From a virus (lineage: Duplodnaviria; Caudoviricetes): a stretch of 43,073 nucleotides of DNA. The notes under the pieces were generated by a model. The model did no database searches. It saw nothing but the letters and a program-made list of their open reading frames with translations, and was not told the DNA's origin. This document shows, one piece after another, positions 27,325 through 35,483 of this stretch (position 1 is its first letter; the number at the start of each line of letters is the position of its first letter). The stretch spans positions 1 to 43,073 of IMG/VR virus record IMGVR_UViG_3300049033_000012; one strand, given 5' to 3'. The position numbers and the translations under genes are program-made.

Positions 27325-27432
27325 TTTCGTGCTCTCGTGTGGATACCGTGAGAGACGTAACTTTGGGGCCTTGATGGCAAATTACAAGTACAAAAAACCC
27401 GGCAAAACGCCGGGTCTCGAGCACAAGATAAA

Positions 27433-27807
27433 CTACCAATCCAGCTGGTGAAGAAGTCGCTGTACTGTTGCGCAATCAATTTCTGCTTGAACACCTTCGA
27501 AAAAAGCCACGCCTCCGCGTCTCGAAAGAGCCTCCAAAAGCTGATCTCCCAACCGCGTTCGTTCCATGGCCTCCAAAATCACAGCTGGCCCTGGGCGAAC
27601 TCCGGCAGGACCAATAAACCCTTCGTCTTGGAGTTGCTCGGAAAACAGATCAGCCAAATCTGAAAATTCATGGATTGGGTGTTTGGTATCGAGATTCTGT
27701 GCGACCAAATCCCTGAAGTAGGCACCGGCGATAAGCCCAGGCGTAAACGATTGATTTCCACCTGTTGCTCCAGCCAGCAGCCTTCTCACGTATTCCCACA
27801 TTTCCAT
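27433..27807 (-). CDS. Moron, hypothetical protein, possible winged-helix fold
   Basis: WEYVRRLL...LQDEGFI...RTRLGDQLL pattern; AGGAAG RBS; flanked by terminators. Confidence 0.65.
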   Translation of the reverse strand: MEMWEYVRRLLAGATGGNQSFTPGLIAGAYFRDLVAQNLDTKHPIHEFSDLADLFSEQLQDEGFIGPAGVRPGPAVILEAMERTRLGDQLLEALSRRGGVAFFEGVQAEIDCATVQRLLHQLDW

Positions 27808-27835
27808 ACGAATTCTTCCTTGGACGCCACATGCG

Positions 27836-27860
27836 AAAAAGCCCAGCTAGTTGCCGGGCT
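27836..27860 (-). terminator. tR'-like terminator after the late promoter
   Basis: Minus strand reads AGCCCGGCAACTAGCTGGGCTTTTT. Confidence 0.7.
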
Positions 27861-27903
27861 TTAATGATCACTCCTAAACGCGCAGGAATGACAGGATGAG
27901 TGA

Positions 27904-27933
27904 ATAATGGCTCATTGGCTCACTTGCCGTCAA
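27904..27933 (-). promoter_or_regulatory. Late promoter pR'-like with tandem TGAGCCA repeats in the spacer
   Basis: TTGACG-18bp-CATTAT; repeats at 27908-27914 and 27916-27922; terminator about 45 bp downstream of the -10. Confidence 0.65.
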
Positions 27934-28475
27934 GCGGCTTGTGTATCAATAAGTCCCTCTGCATCCAACAGGACTTGAGCAGACATCAAGGCCTCGTCCA
28001 CTTCGCGCTCCAGTGCCTTGCGGATATCCCTCCTCCATCGCTCCTGGGTCTTGATCGGGTGAGGCTCATTTGACCAGTTGTCCATCTCGTACCAGCCGGC
28101 CGGGAGGACGTTGGTCGACCGCTTCCCGTCCACGCCCGCCAGCTTTGGCAAAGCCCAAGTAACGACAGCACAGTGCAGGAACCGCTGAGGGGCCGGAGAC
28201 CGCATGACCTTGGTGAGTTCGGTAATTGCTGCGTGCTTTCGCTCGGTGTGCGTCGAGAACTTAGCGACCAGAGCCCGCCAATGCGCCGGCGACAGTGACT
28301 TGTGTAAACGGCCAAACACCCAACAGTCAGCCAGGAATGCAGCCTCTTTGCCTAGGATTTCCCCTTTCTGCTTGGCGCACTGCACCTTGGGCTCAAAGTC
28401 GCAGCCCCCAGCCGAGCTGATTGTCTCGGCGGCCAGGGCCCGCACCACTGCGGAAATCACGTTGCGATAGATCAT
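27930..28475 (-). CDS. Putative late antiterminator (Q position)
   Basis: Last early gene after ninG, directly followed by a promoter and terminator; no recognisable Q motif. Confidence 0.6.
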   Translation of the reverse strand: MIYRNVISAVVRALAAETISSAGGCDFEPKVQCAKQKGEILGKEAAFLADCWVFGRLHKSLSPAHWRALVAKFSTHTERKHAAITELTKVMRSPAPQRFLHCAVVTWALPKLAGVDGKRSTNVLPAGWYEMDNWSNEPHPIKTQERWRRDIRKALEREVDEALMSAQVLLDAEGLIDTQAA

Positions 28476-29083
28476 GCTGCAGCCCTCTTCAGTTCACGGG
28501 TCTTGGCCCGGTATTCGGCCTTGATGGCCTTGATTTCTTCCACGGTGTACTTGCGGGCCGGATGAGCCCCTTCCAGCCACGCCACCTTGTCGGCACCGAT
28601 ACGCAAAACCAACCGGATGCGGTACTCGACTGCATTGCCGGAAAGGTTCCGGTTGCACTTCACGCACTGGCGGTGAATGTTCAGCGGCTCGAAGCGCAGC
28701 TCCGGGCAGGCGCCAACGGATCGGTAGTGGCCAGCGTCCCAGCGGCTGCCAGTCATCAGATCGTGGTCGTTGGGTTGCGAGTCGCAACTGATGCACGGCA
28801 GGTGAGCATCGCGCAGGCGGACGTACTCGTTCACCGCGGCCTGGGCTTCGCGCATGTGTTCGCTGCGGGACTTGAGCTTCTCCTTGCGGACCTTGATCTC
28901 CCGGCGCTCCACCTGGGCCAGCGACTTGCGGGCCTTCTCCTGGTTCACCTGGTTGTTCGGTGCGTCGAGGATCGCGCAGCCCGGGCTGCATACCCGTTGA
29001 CCCAGACGCTGCGGGACGAATGAGGCCCTGCATGTATCGACTCGGCACTCCTTGGCGCGGGGTTGCTTCCGCTCAATCGTCAT
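28472..29083 (-). CDS. ninG: NinG/Rap family recombination endonuclease
   Basis: YVRLRD..LPCISC, WDAGHYRSVGA.PELRF, NIHRQCVKCN. Confidence 0.93.
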   Translation of the reverse strand: MTIERKQPRAKECRVDTCRASFVPQRLGQRVCSPGCAILDAPNNQVNQEKARKSLAQVERREIKVRKEKLKSRSEHMREAQAAVNEYVRLRDAHLPCISCDSQPNDHDLMTGSRWDAGHYRSVGACPELRFEPLNIHRQCVKCNRNLSGNAVEYRIRLVLRIGADKVAWLEGAHPARKYTVEEIKAIKAEYRAKTRELKRAAA

Positions 29084-29310
29084 GCGGACCTCCATATCTG
29101 TTCGCGCGTCTTCAAGCCATTTTTCTTGGCCTCGCGCTTCACCTTCCGCAGCTCCGCCTGCACCTGCTCAATTGTCATTTCGCCAGAGTGAATTTTCGCG
29201 ACCAGGGAAGCCCTCAGCTCCGAGCTGTCGGCCGCGATGCCCTGCTCCTCTGCGATGTTCAGAGCAACGCGCTTATCCATTCGACGGTCGTACCAGTCAC
29301 GCCTGCTCAT
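29080..29310 (-). CDS. Hypothetical protein
   Basis: ATGA overlaps on both sides. Confidence 0.75.
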   Translation of the reverse strand: MSRRDWYDRRMDKRVALNIAEEQGIAADSSELRASLVAKIHSGEMTIEQVQAELRKVKREAKKNGLKTREQIWRSA

Positions 29311-29777
29311 GCGGCCACCTCGCTCAGCAGATCGGAGAACACCACACCCTGGCCGGTGAAGTACGCAGCCATGCGGTCGGTGTACTGGATGCCCTGGGCC
29401 CGATTGAACAGGCTGGTCACCGGAAACCCGTCCGGGCCGAACAACTTGTGCTCACCCATCAAGGCCAGCTTCTCCTCGTATGGCAGATGGCGCATCACCC
29501 GATACCAGGCAGCCTGGAATCCCGAATCCTCGTTCAGTAGGATCTGCACACCGAAGTGCAGCTTGCAGTACCGGCGGGCGTCGGCCGGATCACCGATTGA
29601 AGTCATTTCGGATATCCGCTTGTACATCGCGAACCAAAGGGCGTTCTGGTCCAGCGTGCGGTCCTTGCCCGGGCGCAGGGAGACCACCACGAACTTCTTG
29701 TCCCGGAACATGGTGTTGAGTCGGGTGATGGCCTCGGATAGCTTGGCCTGGCAGTTGACAGAGATTTTGTCGGTCAT
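29307..29777 (-). CDS. NinB-like protein
   Basis: RTLDQNALWF motif; nin region. Confidence 0.7.
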   Translation of the reverse strand: MTDKISVNCQAKLSEAITRLNTMFRDKKFVVVSLRPGKDRTLDQNALWFAMYKRISEMTSIGDPADARRYCKLHFGVQILLNEDSGFQAAWYRVMRHLPYEEKLALMGEHKLFGPDGFPVTSLFNRAQGIQYTDRMAAYFTGQGVVFSDLLSEVAA

Positions 29778-30010
29778 AGGCACCCCGCAAAATCCTCGAG
29801 AAGACCTTGCTTGTCCTCGGCCAACTTGTCGCGCTCTTTGCGCAGTGACTCGTTCTCAGCCAGCAGTTCAAGCGCCACTTCCTCCATGGTCTTCGCTCCA
29901 AGGAATTCGCCCAGCGCCTCAGCGTTTTGCTTCCACTCCCCGCAATCGGCCTTCCAGGAAGCGACTTCGTTCCACAGCAGCTTCTGGAGTTTTTGTTTGT
30001 CGATGGTCAT
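29774..30010 (-). CDS. Hypothetical protein
   Basis: ATGA overlaps on both sides; coiled-coil C-terminus. Confidence 0.75.
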   Translation of the reverse strand: MTIDKQKLQKLLWNEVASWKADCGEWKQNAEALGEFLGAKTMEEVALELLAENESLRKERDKLAEDKQGLLEDFAGCL

Positions 30011-30783
30011 TGAGGCGCCCTCTCCCCTTCCAATTTTTGGGCCTGCTGGATCAGCAGCGCTCGCCGATCCGCAAGTTCGTTTGCGGCCTGAATTCGCAGT
30101 TCTGTTTGTTCCTCGGCCGATGCTTTTCGCATCGCGAGCATCGAGGCCTTCACCTTTCCTAGCTTCTCGCGCAGGCTCGGCGTGGGCCGGGAGACCTCGC
30201 CGGTGAGCAGGCCGGCAATAGCGCGCCCGTCCTCGGTGACCGGTTCGATACTCAGGTCCGCCAGATACTTCTGGCCGTGCTCCTGGGGGATCCGCTGCAT
30301 CTGCACGGCCTTGGTGATGGCTTGCACCCGGCGGTTCGCATCGAAACCCACGGATACGTGCCAGTTGACGAGCGTGTTGTCCTCACGCGCCTGGCTGACC
30401 AAGCGCTCGTAAGCACTGATGAACGCCATGCGTGCACCGACCTTGTCACCGGCATCGAGAACAGGCTTGGCTGCAGCCAGGGCCAACTGGATTTCATCGG
30501 TCAGCACCACGGTTTCGAATTCATCGTTGGTGGTCATGGCAATAGCCCAGGCCTCGTCCTTGCCGGGGCGGCCATCGGCGATCTGGACGCGCTGAAGGAT
30601 GTCAGCCTCAAAACGGCAGGCCTTCAGCGCAGACTTGACCACTGGTACCGGGTAAGCGCACAGGTCCTCTGCCATCATCGCCGCGGTGCCTGGGTTCATT
30701 TCCTGGCCCATGGCTTCGGCCGTAGCGCAGATCGCAGCAGCGAGCCCGGCGACCTGCTGGTCGTTCATTTCAGAGGTACTCAT
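30007..30783 (-). CDS. Replication-associated protein (P position, putative helicase loader)
   Basis: Follows the initiator; DGRPGKDEAW and ARMAF...YERL; GGAGGT RBS. Confidence 0.7.
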   Translation of the reverse strand: MSTSEMNDQQVAGLAAAICATAEAMGQEMNPGTAAMMAEDLCAYPVPVVKSALKACRFEADILQRVQIADGRPGKDEAWAIAMTTNDEFETVVLTDEIQLALAAAKPVLDAGDKVGARMAFISAYERLVSQAREDNTLVNWHVSVGFDANRRVQAITKAVQMQRIPQEHGQKYLADLSIEPVTEDGRAIAGLLTGEVSRPTPSLREKLGKVKASMLAMRKASAEEQTELRIQAANELADRRALLIQQAQKLEGERAPQ

Positions 30784-31681
30784 TGCGATCACCTCCTTGG
30801 CGTTTCTCCAGGACCATTTGGGCTGCCTGTTCCGCTGCGGAGAGATTCGCCTCGGTCCGTTCCATCTGGCGTGCGGTTGTGCCGTTGATGCGCTGCCCGG
30901 TGACCCATTGGGTGTGGTAGCTCTCGGCGTTCGCCAGCAGCTCGTTGAGGCTGTGGCACTTACGCAGGACGGCGGCGTCGCTAGTTTTCAGAAAGTGGGC
31001 AGCAACGTGGTGGGCAACGTTGGCGCCGAGGCGGTCGACAAGCAGCGCCATTTGCTTGCCTGCCTTGGCGTTCCATACCGGCCAGGCGCTGTAGCGCTTG
31101 CGGTAGGCCATGGCGTAGTTCGCCCAGACCTTGAACGTTTTGCAGGCCTGGTCTTTGGGCCCAGGCATATCGACGGGAATCTCAACCCGTGGCTGCTGGG
31201 GAGCGAATGGCACAACCTGCCCGGTCACGACCTTGGCGGCAGCCTGGGGCGTAACTGGTTCAATGACCGGTTCAATGATAGATTCAGAAGAGTGACTGGT
31301 TCTGGGTGCAGCTCCTGCACTACCCCCTGGTGCAGGAGATTCACTAGGGGGTGAACCTGCTGCACTACCCTGGTGAATCTGCTGCACTACCCCTGGTGCA
31401 GGAGGTGCACCACCTTCGAGGGTTAGGAAATAAACATTGGAGGAGTTTCCTTTTGGGCCGCCTTTGCGAATTTCCTTGCGTAATAGTCCTGCCGCGCACA
31501 GCGCTGTGATGTGGTTCATGACTGAGCGCTTGCTGATCTCGCATTGATCAGCAACGTGCTGATACGACGGCCAGCACTCGCCTATATCGCTCGCGTTGTC
31601 GGCCAGTTTGATCAGTACCAGCTTGCGCAATGGATTACCGACGCGAAGCTTCATCGCGGCGACCATAAGCCCCATGCTCAC
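30770..31681 (-). CDS. Replication initiator (O-like, N-terminal HTH)
   Basis: KLVLIKLADNA...CWPSYQHVADQCEISKRSV; internal iterons; GTGA overlap with the upstream gene. Confidence 0.88.
   Translation of the reverse strand: MSMGLMVAAMKLRVGNPLRKLVLIKLADNASDIGECWPSYQHVADQCEISKRSVMNHITALCAAGLLRKEIRKGGPKGNSSNVYFLTLEGGAPPAPGVVQQIHQGSAAGSPPSESPAPGGSAGAAPRTSHSSESIIEPVIEPVTPQAAAKVVTGQVVPFAPQQPRVEIPVDMPGPKDQACKTFKVWANYAMAYRKRYSAWPVWNAKAGKQMALLVDRLGANVAHHVAAHFLKTSDAAVLRKCHSLNELLANAESYHTQWVTGQRINGTTARQMERTEANLSAAEQAAQMVLEKRQGGDRNEYL
31255..31415. repeat. Putative replication origin: iterons plus adjacent AT-richer tract
   Basis: Three TGCACTACCC(C)nTGGTG repeats (about 31316, 31361, 31383) and degenerate copies inside the O-like gene. 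Confidence 0.75.
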
Positions 31682-32475
31682 GCCGCACCTCGCAACGCTT
31701 TGTCGTGGGTGAACAGACCGTCCCAAGTCTTCTTCATTGGCAGCTCGCCGGCGAGGTACAGGTCGTACAGCCGGGCGGCGCCCTTCTTCAGCAGGACAGG
31801 CGTGAATGAAACGAACGGCTCTTTGCCGTGGGGAGTGATTTCGTGCTGGTGCTCGGTCATGTACTTGTCGCGGGCATAGGACGCCACGCGCAGGCGCAAC
31901 CCGGTCTTGCTCTCGTTGTAGAGCCAGTTCCGGGCCTCCAGGTACTTGCCCACCTGCATCACGTTGACCCCATTCAGGCCCTTGCAGAACTGGGTGTGGG
32001 TCATGCCTTCCTTGAACAGGTTTTCCATTGAGTGGATTTTTACGGCCTGCTGATGATTCTCGACGCGCAGCACTGCCGTCTGTTCGATCTGGTCGGCGTA
32101 AAGCCTCAGCGCTTCGGCGTAGGACGGCATGGCAACAGATTGGACGGCCTGCGCCTCCAGTTCATGCCAGCGGCGAATCACAGTCATCCGCATAGCGGCG
32201 CTGTAGCCGGTAAGCAGGCAATCGGTATGTTCGCGGTCAAGCAGGTACTCGGTCTGCTCGCGGTTTAGCGGGTCGAGATAGATGCATCCAAAGTTGGATG
32301 CATCCTCGCCAAGATCTTTCAGCATGGCGAGAACGTCGCGCTTCACATGGAAGTGAGCCTTCCCGGTCAGCTCGGCTATCTCTCGCGATGACATGGTTTT
32401 GCGCGACACGTTTTCAGATCCGGCGAATCGTGTCGCGACATTGGCCGGGGGGTTGATGTTTGTAGTGGTTTGCAT
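31678..32475 (-). CDS. Rha-family / KilAC antirepressor-like protein
   Basis: MSSREIAELTGKAHFHVKRD (Rha N-terminus); PSYAEALRLYADQIE linker; KilAC-like C-terminus. Confidence 0.85.
   Translation of the reverse strand: MQTTTNINPPANVATRFAGSENVSRKTMSSREIAELTGKAHFHVKRDVLAMLKDLGEDASNFGCIYLDPLNREQTEYLLDREHTDCLLTGYSAAMRMTVIRRWHELEAQAVQSVAMPSYAEALRLYADQIEQTAVLRVENHQQAVKIHSMENLFKEGMTHTQFCKGLNGVNVMQVGKYLEARNWLYNESKTGLRLRVASYARDKYMTEHQHEITPHGKEPFVSFTPVLLKKGAARLYDLYLAGELPMKKTWDGLFTHDKALRGAA
32402..32440. repeat. Dyad element copy C (inside the 5' end of the rha gene)
   Basis: CGCGACACG-N18-CGTGTCGCG with perfect 9-bp arms. Confidence 0.7.
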
Positions 32476-32531
32476 ATAATTCGTCCCACACAGATGTTTA
32501 AGAGAGCCGGGTCACTACCCCGGCTTTTTTT
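32453..32531 (+). ncRNA. Putative sar-like antisense RNA unit (promoter, about 45-nt transcript, terminator)
   Basis: TTGATG-16bp-TATAAT (32453-32480); AGCCGGG/CCCGGCT hairpin plus T7 (32505-32531); antisense to the antirepressor leader. Confidence 0.6.
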
Positions 32532-32560
32532 CGTCCTGGATTTGGCAGAGGCCCTCCGGA

Positions 32561-32773
32561 TTACCCCGAAGAGTCCCTGCCTGAGGCCCTCATTGGGGGC
32601 ACCAGTTGAAGGATCTGGGCCTTCTTCCTTCCAACTTCGGAAAGCGCGCCACAGGCAATGGCGGTTTCCGTCATTTCGTTGATCGCACGACTGAAGCTCC
32701 AGCCGTTCGCGCGCATCAATTCCTCCACCCGCTGTCGAGTTCGCAGAGGCAGCCTTTCAAGCTCTACGGTCAT
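32561..32773 (-). CDS. Hypothetical protein
   Basis: GGAGG RBS before MTVELERLP. Confidence 0.65.
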   Translation of the reverse strand: MTVELERLPLRTRQRVEELMRANGWSFSRAINEMTETAIACGALSEVGRKKAQILQLVPPMRASGRDSSG

Positions 32774-32792
32774 TTGGCCCTCCAAAGGGGCT

Positions 32793-32993
32793 TCAGCCCG
32801 CGATATCTTCTTGTTTGTCCTGCATCAGTTCCTCGATCACACCATTGGCTACGGCCCACTCGATGATTTCGTACAGGTAGGTCGCGTGCTGCATGCGCGT
32901 CTTCGTTGCGGCTTTACGCAGAATCCGATCAAGCACTGGTTCAAATCGAACCTTCACCGGAATGGCGCGCTTTTGATTGGGGTCCATGTACAT
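32793..32993 (-). CDS. Small DNA-binding protein (cII position, ribbon-helix-helix-like)
   Basis: VKVRF beta strand followed by two helices; lies after cro. Confidence 0.65.
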   Translation of the reverse strand: MYMDPNQKRAIPVKVRFEPVLDRILRKAATKTRMQHATYLYEIIEWAVANGVIEELMQDKQEDIAG

Positions 32994-33022
32994 GCTTCGA
33001 TGCTCCTGGCTATTGAGATGGG

Positions 33023-33271
33023 TTAGGCGGCTGAAAGTGATTGGCTGGGCTCAGAGCTGATCTGCGCCCATGGAAACGAGGGACAAAGATCTGCCTTCTT
33101 GATCTGGCCCTCGGTCAGAACCTCGATTTGCAGGGCACGCTTCGCCGGGACTGCGCGCTCGCCGGAACACCATTGGTTCACCGTCGGCGCAGTTACCCGC
33201 AGCAGGCGCGCCATCTCCGCCTGGCTGCCCAGCAAGCGGGATGCTTCTTTGGCTGCTTCTGCTGATTTCAT
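33023..33271 (-). CDS. cro: Cro-like HTH repressor (YdaS-like)
   Basis: GSQAEMARLLRVTAPTVNQW...IEVLTEGQI...LCP; divergent from cI. Confidence 0.92.
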   Translation of the reverse strand: MKSAEAAKEASRLLGSQAEMARLLRVTAPTVNQWCSGERAVPAKRALQIEVLTEGQIKKADLCPSFPWAQISSEPSQSLSAA

Positions 33272-33297
33272 GAGTTCTCTCCTGGAGATTTTGGATG

Positions 33298-33373
33298 AAT
33301 ATAAGGCATTACCTTACTTCAAACAAGCCATTGCCTAACCGATCTACCAATAGGCCTAATTAGGCAATGCTTA
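33298..33373. promoter_or_regulatory. OR region: three operators (consensus TAGGCAnTGCCTA) and pR
   Basis: AAGGCATTACCTT 33303-33315, AAGCCATTGCCTA 33325-33337, TAGGCAATGCTTA 33361-33373; minus strand TTGTTT-17bp-TATATT. Confidence 0.8.
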
Positions 33374-34209
33374 CCGGACCGGATTTAGGCGCTGCCATCG
33401 AGGCCGCGCGGATCGCCAAGGGCGTATCCAAAAAAAGACTCGCAGACGACTTCCAGGTGAAGCCTCCGTCGGTGCAGGGCTGGGTGAAAAACGGCCGTAT
33501 CGACAAGTCGAAGCTGATGGATGTGATCGCATACTTCGCCGATGTAGTGGGTCCTGAGCATTGGGGCCTGAGGCCAGGCTTCTCCTACGAAAATATCCCT
33601 GACGATCTGGGGGGCGCGGGAGACCTAGCCCCTGCTCTTTCTGCGGCCGAGCTGGTTCGCGGCATGCTGTCATCGCAAGGGAAAGGGCTTTCTGAGGAGT
33701 CTCGTCGTCGCCTGCTGGCTGCCGCGGAGGCTGATGATGGCGGCGGCGTAATCGAGCTGGAGTACTACCGGCCAGGTGCGGTGGGTGATGAGGTGTGGAT
33801 TGCTCATTACGACATCCGTGCCGCCATGGGCGGCGGGCAGGTTCCGCACGACTATCCCGAAATGCTCCAGGACATTCGCGTAAGTCCTCAGCATCTACGC
33901 GAGATGGGCGTCGAGTTCAAAGAACACTTCCATCTGAAGATGGTGACAGGCTGGGGCCAATCAATGGCCCCGACCATCAAGCACCGGGACCCCCTCCTCG
34001 TGGATATCAGCATCCGAGAGTTCGTCGGGGATGGGATATACATGTTTACCTGGGACGGCCACTTGTACATAAAGCGGCTACAATGGTTGGGCGACGACCA
34101 ATTAAGCATGATCTCGGATAACTCTCTCCATCCGGCCCGGACCATTCGGGCAGAAGAGACCTACATCCAGGCGCGGGTGCTGCTGGTGTGGAGTGCGCAC
34201 TTAGTTTGA
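33367..34209 (+). CDS. cI: CI-like repressor (HTH + S24 peptidase)
   Basis: N-terminal HTH, AAMGGG cleavage-type region, GQSMAP (Ser) and LYIKRL (Lys); no SD sequence, probably leaderless. Confidence 0.95.
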   Translation: MLTGPDLGAAIEAARIAKGVSKKRLADDFQVKPPSVQGWVKNGRIDKSKLMDVIAYFADVVGPEHWGLRPGFSYENIPDDLGGAGDLAPALSAAELVRGMLSSQGKGLSEESRRRLLAAAEADDGGGVIELEYYRPGAVGDEVWIAHYDIRAAMGGGQVPHDYPEMLQDIRVSPQHLREMGVEFKEHFHLKMVTGWGQSMAPTIKHRDPLLVDISIREFVGDGIYMFTWDGHLYIKRLQWLGDDQLSMISDNSLHPARTIRAEETYIQARVLLVWSAHLV

Positions 34210-34295
34210 ACGCCTGACTCGCAAAGATTTCAGACATGGAAGAGTCTGTTGTCATCAGACCTTCTGAACTATAAAGCAGAAGACTGGACATCCTA

Positions 34296-35483
34296 ATGCA
34301 TCAACCACCAGCATCGCCGTCTGTGGCGTCGCTTCACCCTCAGGCGCTTCCGGGTACTCCACCTTCGATGCCATCAAAAGCGCAACTGAATACGCATCAG
34401 GTAGCAAGTGGTATAGCCAAGTGGGCTATTGAAAGGAATCTGCTAGCCCAGCTTCCACCCGGCGTCGATGATGCTTTCCTTGCCCCAGTCAATCCAATAC
34501 CGCTTTCTCAAGAAGCGGAGGTGATGCTGAGACAGAAGGAAATTCAATCAATCTCTTATAACACTGCTAAGCAAACCGTATTCATCTACACGAAGCGCAA
34601 GGTCTTAAAAAAAGATTTGCAGGTTTTGCCAAGTCATATCAGTCGGCAGGGAATCGCTTACCCGCAGGGCTTGATGGATTCTGTAGGAAAAGAAATTACC
34701 AGCCCACAAGGTGCGACATTCGCAATCCATAGCACTCCTGCCGGCCTCCAGACTTATGCTTGCGGATCTTCAATTTCTCCAGGAAACGACAGGTCAGCAG
34801 GGACGATGGGCGCCCTGGTTCGACTTCCGGATGGTAATCTCTACGGCCTCACAAATAACCACGTCAGCGCCCTCTGCAGCCACGTGGCTCCTAATACACC
34901 TGTACTCGCACCAGGGGTACTCGATGTTGGCCCGAACGCCATTCCTCCGTTCACATTGGGTTTCCACTCGCGCGCGCTTGAAATGCGCGTGGGATCCTTA
35001 GGTAACGTTGACTTCGCAAGCAACTTGGACGCTGCGGTCTTTAAAATCGCGAATGAAACGCAGGTTTCGAGCTTTCAAGGTGACTCCTTTGATACCCCTC
35101 TTACTGTCCTTGATCCAGTAGAAGGAATGCTCGTGCGAAAGGTTGGCAGAACGACACGGGACACGCAGGGTCAAATAATTGCAAGGGAATTAAGGCCGCT
35201 CGATGTGGGATATAACGCACAATCGTACGGCTTCAGCGGCGTCATATGGTTCGCAAATGTTTTTGCTATCCATGGCGACATCGGCGAATTCTCCAAGGGC
35301 GGGGATTCCGGATCGCTGGTAGTAGCAATAGATTCTGCCGGCACTATCCTTGGAGCGGTCGGATTGATATTCGCTGGCGGTGGCGATTCATCTGCTCCCG
35401 GCGGATACAGATCGTCAATGTTGCCCTTGAGGCCAATTTTAACCGCGCTAAATGCCACCTTGGTGGGAGGACACAATGTCTAA
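34296..35483 (+). CDS. Trypsin-like (Nal1-type) serine protease, no signal peptide
   Basis: AGTMGALV, LTNNHV (His), LDAAVF (Asp), KVGRTT, GDSGS (Ser), VGLIFAG. Confidence 0.9.
   Translation: MHQPPASPSVASLHPQALPGTPPSMPSKAQLNTHQVASGIAKWAIERNLLAQLPPGVDDAFLAPVNPIPLSQEAEVMLRQKEIQSISYNTAKQTVFIYTKRKVLKKDLQVLPSHISRQGIAYPQGLMDSVGKEITSPQGATFAIHSTPAGLQTYACGSSISPGNDRSAGTMGALVRLPDGNLYGLTNNHVSALCSHVAPNTPVLAPGVLDVGPNAIPPFTLGFHSRALEMRVGSLGNVDFASNLDAAVFKIANETQVSSFQGDSFDTPLTVLDPVEGMLVRKVGRTTRDTQGQIIARELRPLDVGYNAQSYGFSGVIWFANVFAIHGDIGEFSKGGDSGSLVVAIDSAGTILGAVGLIFAGGGDSSAPGGYRSSMLPLRPILTALNATLVGGHNV

Noticed and set aside
28960-30162. 400-aa plus-strand ORF
   Set aside because: Spans several tightly coupled minus-strand nin genes; composition is not protein-like
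31310-31415. Short direct repeats resembling a CRISPR array
   Set aside because: Inside the replication initiator gene with irregular short spacing; best explained as iterons; no cas genes
32489-32507. boxA-like GCTCTCTTAAACA on the minus strand (possible nutR)
   Set aside because: Imperfect match that overlaps the antisense terminator stem; not distinguishable from chance
34249-34275. TTGTCA...TATAAA as a dedicated promoter for the protease cassette
   Set aside because: Spacer is only 15 bp; possible but not supportable without transcription start data
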